From Lama guanicoe (Eukaryota), in NCBI GenBank assembly GCA_013239625.1, contig MU054117.1, forward strand, positions 4,020,677 through 4,084,676: a stretch of 64,000 nucleotides of DNA, in the 5' to 3' direction. Position 1 is the stretch's first letter. Every line of letters begins with the position of its first letter. The notes beneath the pieces were generated by a model, which worked only from the letters and a program-made list of their open reading frames with translations, made no database searches and was not told the DNA's origin. This document shows, piece by piece, positions 59,946-64,000 of this stretch. The position numbers were made by a program, and so were the translations under genes.

Positions 59946-62900
59946 CCCTCTTTTTTTTTTAAATATATTTTTATTGAAATACAGCCAGTTTACAATAAGG
60001 TTCATCCCACCCTGAACACGCCTAGTCTCGTCTGCACACAGTTTCTGATCTCTCTCTCTCACTCTAGTTTAACTATCTTAAATGTTGTAATAGCATCTTC
60101 AAACCTCTTTTGGATGTGGGCGATAAAGAAACAGGAATATCTTCTGCTTTTAAAACCTCTTCATCAACGGGAGGTGCTTTTCTCTCTCGCCCTTTGCTTT
60201 CCAATCGGCATCCACCGATAAGGAGCAGAGAAAACCCACACGCTGTCTTTTCAACAGAAACGCTCATCTGAGTGGTGACTGTCAATATGCATCTAATCTT
60301 CGTTTCCGACTTTACTGGAAACAGAATGGAGACTGCAGAACTTCAGCGATGGGGGGAAGACACTTTTCACAAAGCCTGTTCTGGGGTGCAGCTCTCTAAA
60401 GGTCCTGTGGCATTTTCCTATTTAGTGACCCTGGCATATAAATGCCTGCCTGTGGCATCCTTACCAGGCAGCGGTAGGAGCCGAGCCGCCATCCTGCATT
60501 CTAGTTACGCTGTGACACTAGGAAGAAATCACCCAGAGACGAGTTTTCTTCTGAAGTGATTTCAGCCTCGACGATGAAACATCTGAATCCAGACGTCTAC
60601 GCGGCTCCCACAAGAAACTCCCTTGTCTTCGGTAGATATTTTCAAAGAACCACTCAAGGAAACCACAGAAACCATGAAAAATTAGTTTAGATTAATGCAT
60701 TTTTTTTTTTGGAAAAGCATGGCCCTGTGACTGAAACTTATCCTTGGGCATCACTTGGTATGTTTTTAATGGAGTTGGTGCAATGTTTTTTAAAAAACCA
60801 CTACATACTTATCTGATGTCAAAGCAAGACTTTCGTTTTAAAAGCCAAGGCATGTCAACAGAAGCGGGGGGAAAAGAGACAATCATTCTTTAGTGAGTCC
60901 TGGGCAGTGACATTGCACCTGAGCTCTTCCTCAGCCGCTTCCTCAATCCCAGCCCAGCCCTGAAATGGGGTTTAGAAACATTGAGGTCAAAGACACTAGC
61001 AAGAAGTCACTGACACATCCTTCTGAGGTCTCCTGCCTTGAGTTACTCCAATCTCTCCAGGGTCTACTCATCCAAAGGGGGCTTTCAGAGACCCCCTGAG
61101 GAGACAGCAGGGGGTGTTCCGATGGCCAAGGCCACACGGGGGCTCTAGGAGACATTTGTCACTCTGCATCCACGTTCTTGCTGAAATGACTTCTGATCAC
61201 AACAAGGTCGTGGCCCCCACTTGAGCTGCACGATTCTTCCCAGGGCTCAGACTCACCACACACGTACCAGGTTCAGCCCTTCCTGGGAACTCCCAGGTCT
61301 TTGTATTAAGCCAGGGTCCCCAGCCTGGACTCCCCCTCCACATGGGGACATCCCTTCTGAGGTCTGGTGGTCCCTCCCATGATACCGACCCACTCTTATA
61401 AATACCCACTGGGGACAGTGAGTTGGGGGTCTACGTGTGTCGAGAAGAATGAGTCCACTTCCTTTCCTCCAAACCCAGATGAATCTATTTGCCACTCCAG
61501 CTGCAGAAGCTTCCACGCTCCCTCTGCTCTGGGCAAGCCCTCCTCTACCCAGAAGGGAAGCTCGGGGGGTTCACCTCTGACCTCGCTGGGCAGAGGTGGG
61601 TGTTGGGTTGGGGAAGGGGCTGCTAACACTGTCACACCCAGACGAAGAAGAGCCAGGGGGCTCAGAGAAGCTGTCTCTGCTCTGCCAGGAGGAGTCTGAC
61701 CTGGAGTCAAGCTGCCGCCTGCCTCCGCCCATGTTGATAACACTTCCTTCTCTTGACATAACGAAACAGAAAAATACTCTACACATGTTGTCCAGCTATA
61801 TGGAGAGGAGCTGCAGAGAGGTTTCTGGAAGGAGAAAGGGCCCCTGAGAAGACAGATAAAGCACAAAAAACCTGGCTTTATGAAAAGACAGTGGGCAAGT
61901 CACTGAAGTGAGAAGACAAGACACCAAAGCGGCAGGTGGAGGAGATGGAGTCTGCGCTTGGCAGGCGAGAAGACCAAGTTTGACGGCGATGAGGCAGACA
62001 AGGAGAGAAGTCCCCGAGAGTGTAGCAGGGAGGAGGCCCGTGGAGAAGGGGTGCAGAGGCCGATTTCAGGGCCTCCTTTGCGTCCCCACTCGCAGCCTCG
62101 CTCAGCCCAGGCAGACGTGGCTCTTGATAGAAGTTGACACGTCCTTTCTGAAGGATCAGATGCAGGCCAGCTGGGGTCCACCGCGCGGAGAGCGAACCAG
62201 GAGCAGGTTACGATGTGGGATCCGTGTCAAAAGTCTGCCTCTTCCCCTTAGAGCCTGTGGCTTCAGCCCCCTAATTGAGGAAGACGTCCTGGCTCGGAAG
62301 CCTCAGTCCTCCATTCGGCCGACAGGAAGCGAGAGAAAGATGGGGCTGTGGAACATGAAGTTTCCCGACCTCATGTGTAGAGCTGTCGTTTCGAATTCCC
62401 ATCTGGCTTCTGCCTTGCACTTCCTTTCTGCAGATGAAGCTGCACGAACCACGGGGAGGTGGGAAGGATCCGGGGATGCACTGCGTCCAGGTGAGAGCCC
62501 TGGCAGGAACGGAGAGGGTTCTGGGGGCCCTGTACCCCCCAGTGCTGTGGGGCAGAACAGGGGAGAAGAGGAAAGGGAGTGGGAGGGAAGCCAGATGTGC
62601 AAACAGGGCTGCTTTCTGAAGAGACATCTGCTTTGTTTTGCAGGATGTGTGGCTGAGGCTTGGCTGGTGGGCGCTGCTCTCTGGCGCCCTCTGCTGTGGC
62701 TGAGCGGATGGGCTACCGCAGAGGGTGGGGCAGGGCTGGGCTGGACAGCCGGACAAGGCTTACCTGGGCAGAGGAGGGCTGGGAGACCTGAGACACGGCT
62801 GCCCGGGGGCCTGGGGTGTGAAAGGTGAGTAGCCTGGTTATGGGGAAGATAAGCGAAGCCATCCGCACTGACCCTGCTGCGGGAGCCTGCGGTGCCGGCC

Positions 62901-63199
62901 TTGTAGGGTAGGAATGGAAGTTAGCGTTGCCCAGTCCAGACGTGCTTACTGGTGAGAGCCGCATCTCAGAGTATGCACGCTGCAGGGAAAGGTGGGGTCT
63001 TCAGTGGCACGGGAAATGCAAGAGAACAAGGGTGCAGGGGGCTGGGGGAGTCTTCACCTCCCTTCCAGATAACCCGTGAAGGATTCACATAAGTAAGAGT
63101 TCACACGCTGCTGGATTAATATATTGTAGATTATAAATGAATGTGGGGGGCGGGGGGTGGACCGTAATATGGCATCCTGGGGGAAGCATGTTCCAAAAG

Positions 63200-63760
63200 T
63201 ATAGAAGATTAGGGCAAAGAGATAAAATGTGGAGAAAAGATGGTGGAGATGAAAATTAAAAACTGGAAAACCAACCTAAAACTTCAGTGTTTCCTTAAAA
63301 GTAGCCACAGCAGTTGGCATGGATCTACTGGAATCCTTTCCGACACTGGAAGAACCCTTCTAAGAGATGAAAAAGAAGTAAGCATGCAGACTGAATGTGC
63401 CCGCCCCACGTCAGGCACAGTGAATAAATGAACTCCCAGCAAGGCACATTCCGGTGACATTTCTGAATCACAGGAATGAATGTTAATATCCTACTAGCAC
63501 CAAGGCTGGAGGGGAAGAAAAGCTTACGATACGTTTTTTGCTATCGATCAAGCTTATTCCAGAGGTTTCTCGGAAACCCTGGAAGAGCATGGACGCACAG
63601 TCACAGCCGCCATGTTTGAGAGAAAGGACCCAGGAGTGGTAAATCCAGCCAGATCCTGGTTCCAACAGAAAAGCGAACGCTCCAAGCCTCAGGTCAGGTT
63701 CTCTGGGAAGCAGACCCATGTGCCGGGCATGCGCGACGGTCACTGGGCTGTGTGCTCCAG
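63200..63760 (+). mobile_element. Degraded L1/HAL1 ORF1-like remnant
   Basis: Purine-rich stretch with motifs resembling the L1 ORF1 3' half (atgcagactgaa, aaggcacattccggtgacatttctgaa, aaccctggaag, aatccagccaga). Confidence 0.45.
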
Positions 63761-63865
63761 AAACAGGATGAGCCAGAGGGTCGGGCTGAGCTGCAGTGCA
63801 TTGGGACGGAGACCTCAGTCAATCCCACAGGAGCTCTGGAGCTGGCGTGGCCCTTAAGAGTGACC

Positions 63866-63909
63866 CAGACTATACTTCAATAAATATAAATAATTTAAAA
63901 ATAAATAAA
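63866..63909 (+). mobile_element. Extremely 5'-truncated LINE-1 tail with perfect 10-bp TSD
   Basis: gactatacttcaataaa plus an A-rich tail, identical to the L1 terminus at about 38716-38732; flanked by AAGAGTGACC at 63856-63865 and 63910-63919. Confidence 0.85.
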
Positions 63910-64000
63910 AAGAGTGACCAAGAACTGAAGCGAGGAGGGCCTTCTCCCCTGCAGTGAGGAGTCGCTCGATGTGGGCTGTCCCAGAGCAGAGCTGTGACCT

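Noticed and set aside
61908..62828. 306-aa ORF on the plus strand
   Set aside because: Starts at GTG, Arg/Gly/Ala-rich with no recognisable domain; expected by chance in GC-rich non-coding DNA.
22116..64000. Exons of ANO2, the gene downstream of NTF3 in human synteny
   Set aside because: No anoctamin-like peptide recognised in the ORF track; short exons below the track's size cut-off cannot be excluded.

Overview
Mammalian genomic DNA, most likely a camelid (four copies of a tRNA-derived SINE resembling camelid Vic-1, plus short cetartiodactyl-type L1 3' ends). The only supportable protein-coding feature is the terminal coding exon of neurotrophin-3 (NTF3): splice acceptor AG at 21146-21147, ATG 21169 to TGA 21942, a 257-aa prepro-protein with mature NT-3 starting at 21583, and an AU-rich 3' UTR with poly(A) signals at 22049 and 22090. 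Bases 1-21147 are read as the distal part of the long NTF3 intron and about 22.1-64 kb as intergenic DNA. Both are GC/CpG-rich and dense in ancient and lineage-specific repeats (L1, L2, MIR, MLT1 LTRs, Tigger1, MER46C, MER5A, Zaphod), with microsatellites and a 75-N assembly gap inside a poly(T). I found no CRISPR, rRNA or genuine tRNA genes, and no convincing new multi-gene system. The most unusual structure is a 209-bp gapless inverted duplication (31472-31680 / 32549-32757, about 88% identical) that I do not recognise as a repeat. Other points of interest are a polyadenylated ERV-LTR fragment, an mRNA-3'-end-like insert nested in an L1, a 44-bp L1 insertion with a perfect TSD, and an open in-frame extension with competing upstream ATGs in the intron end before the NTF3 exon. 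Repeat family names come from recalled consensus sequences, and repeat boundaries are approximate.
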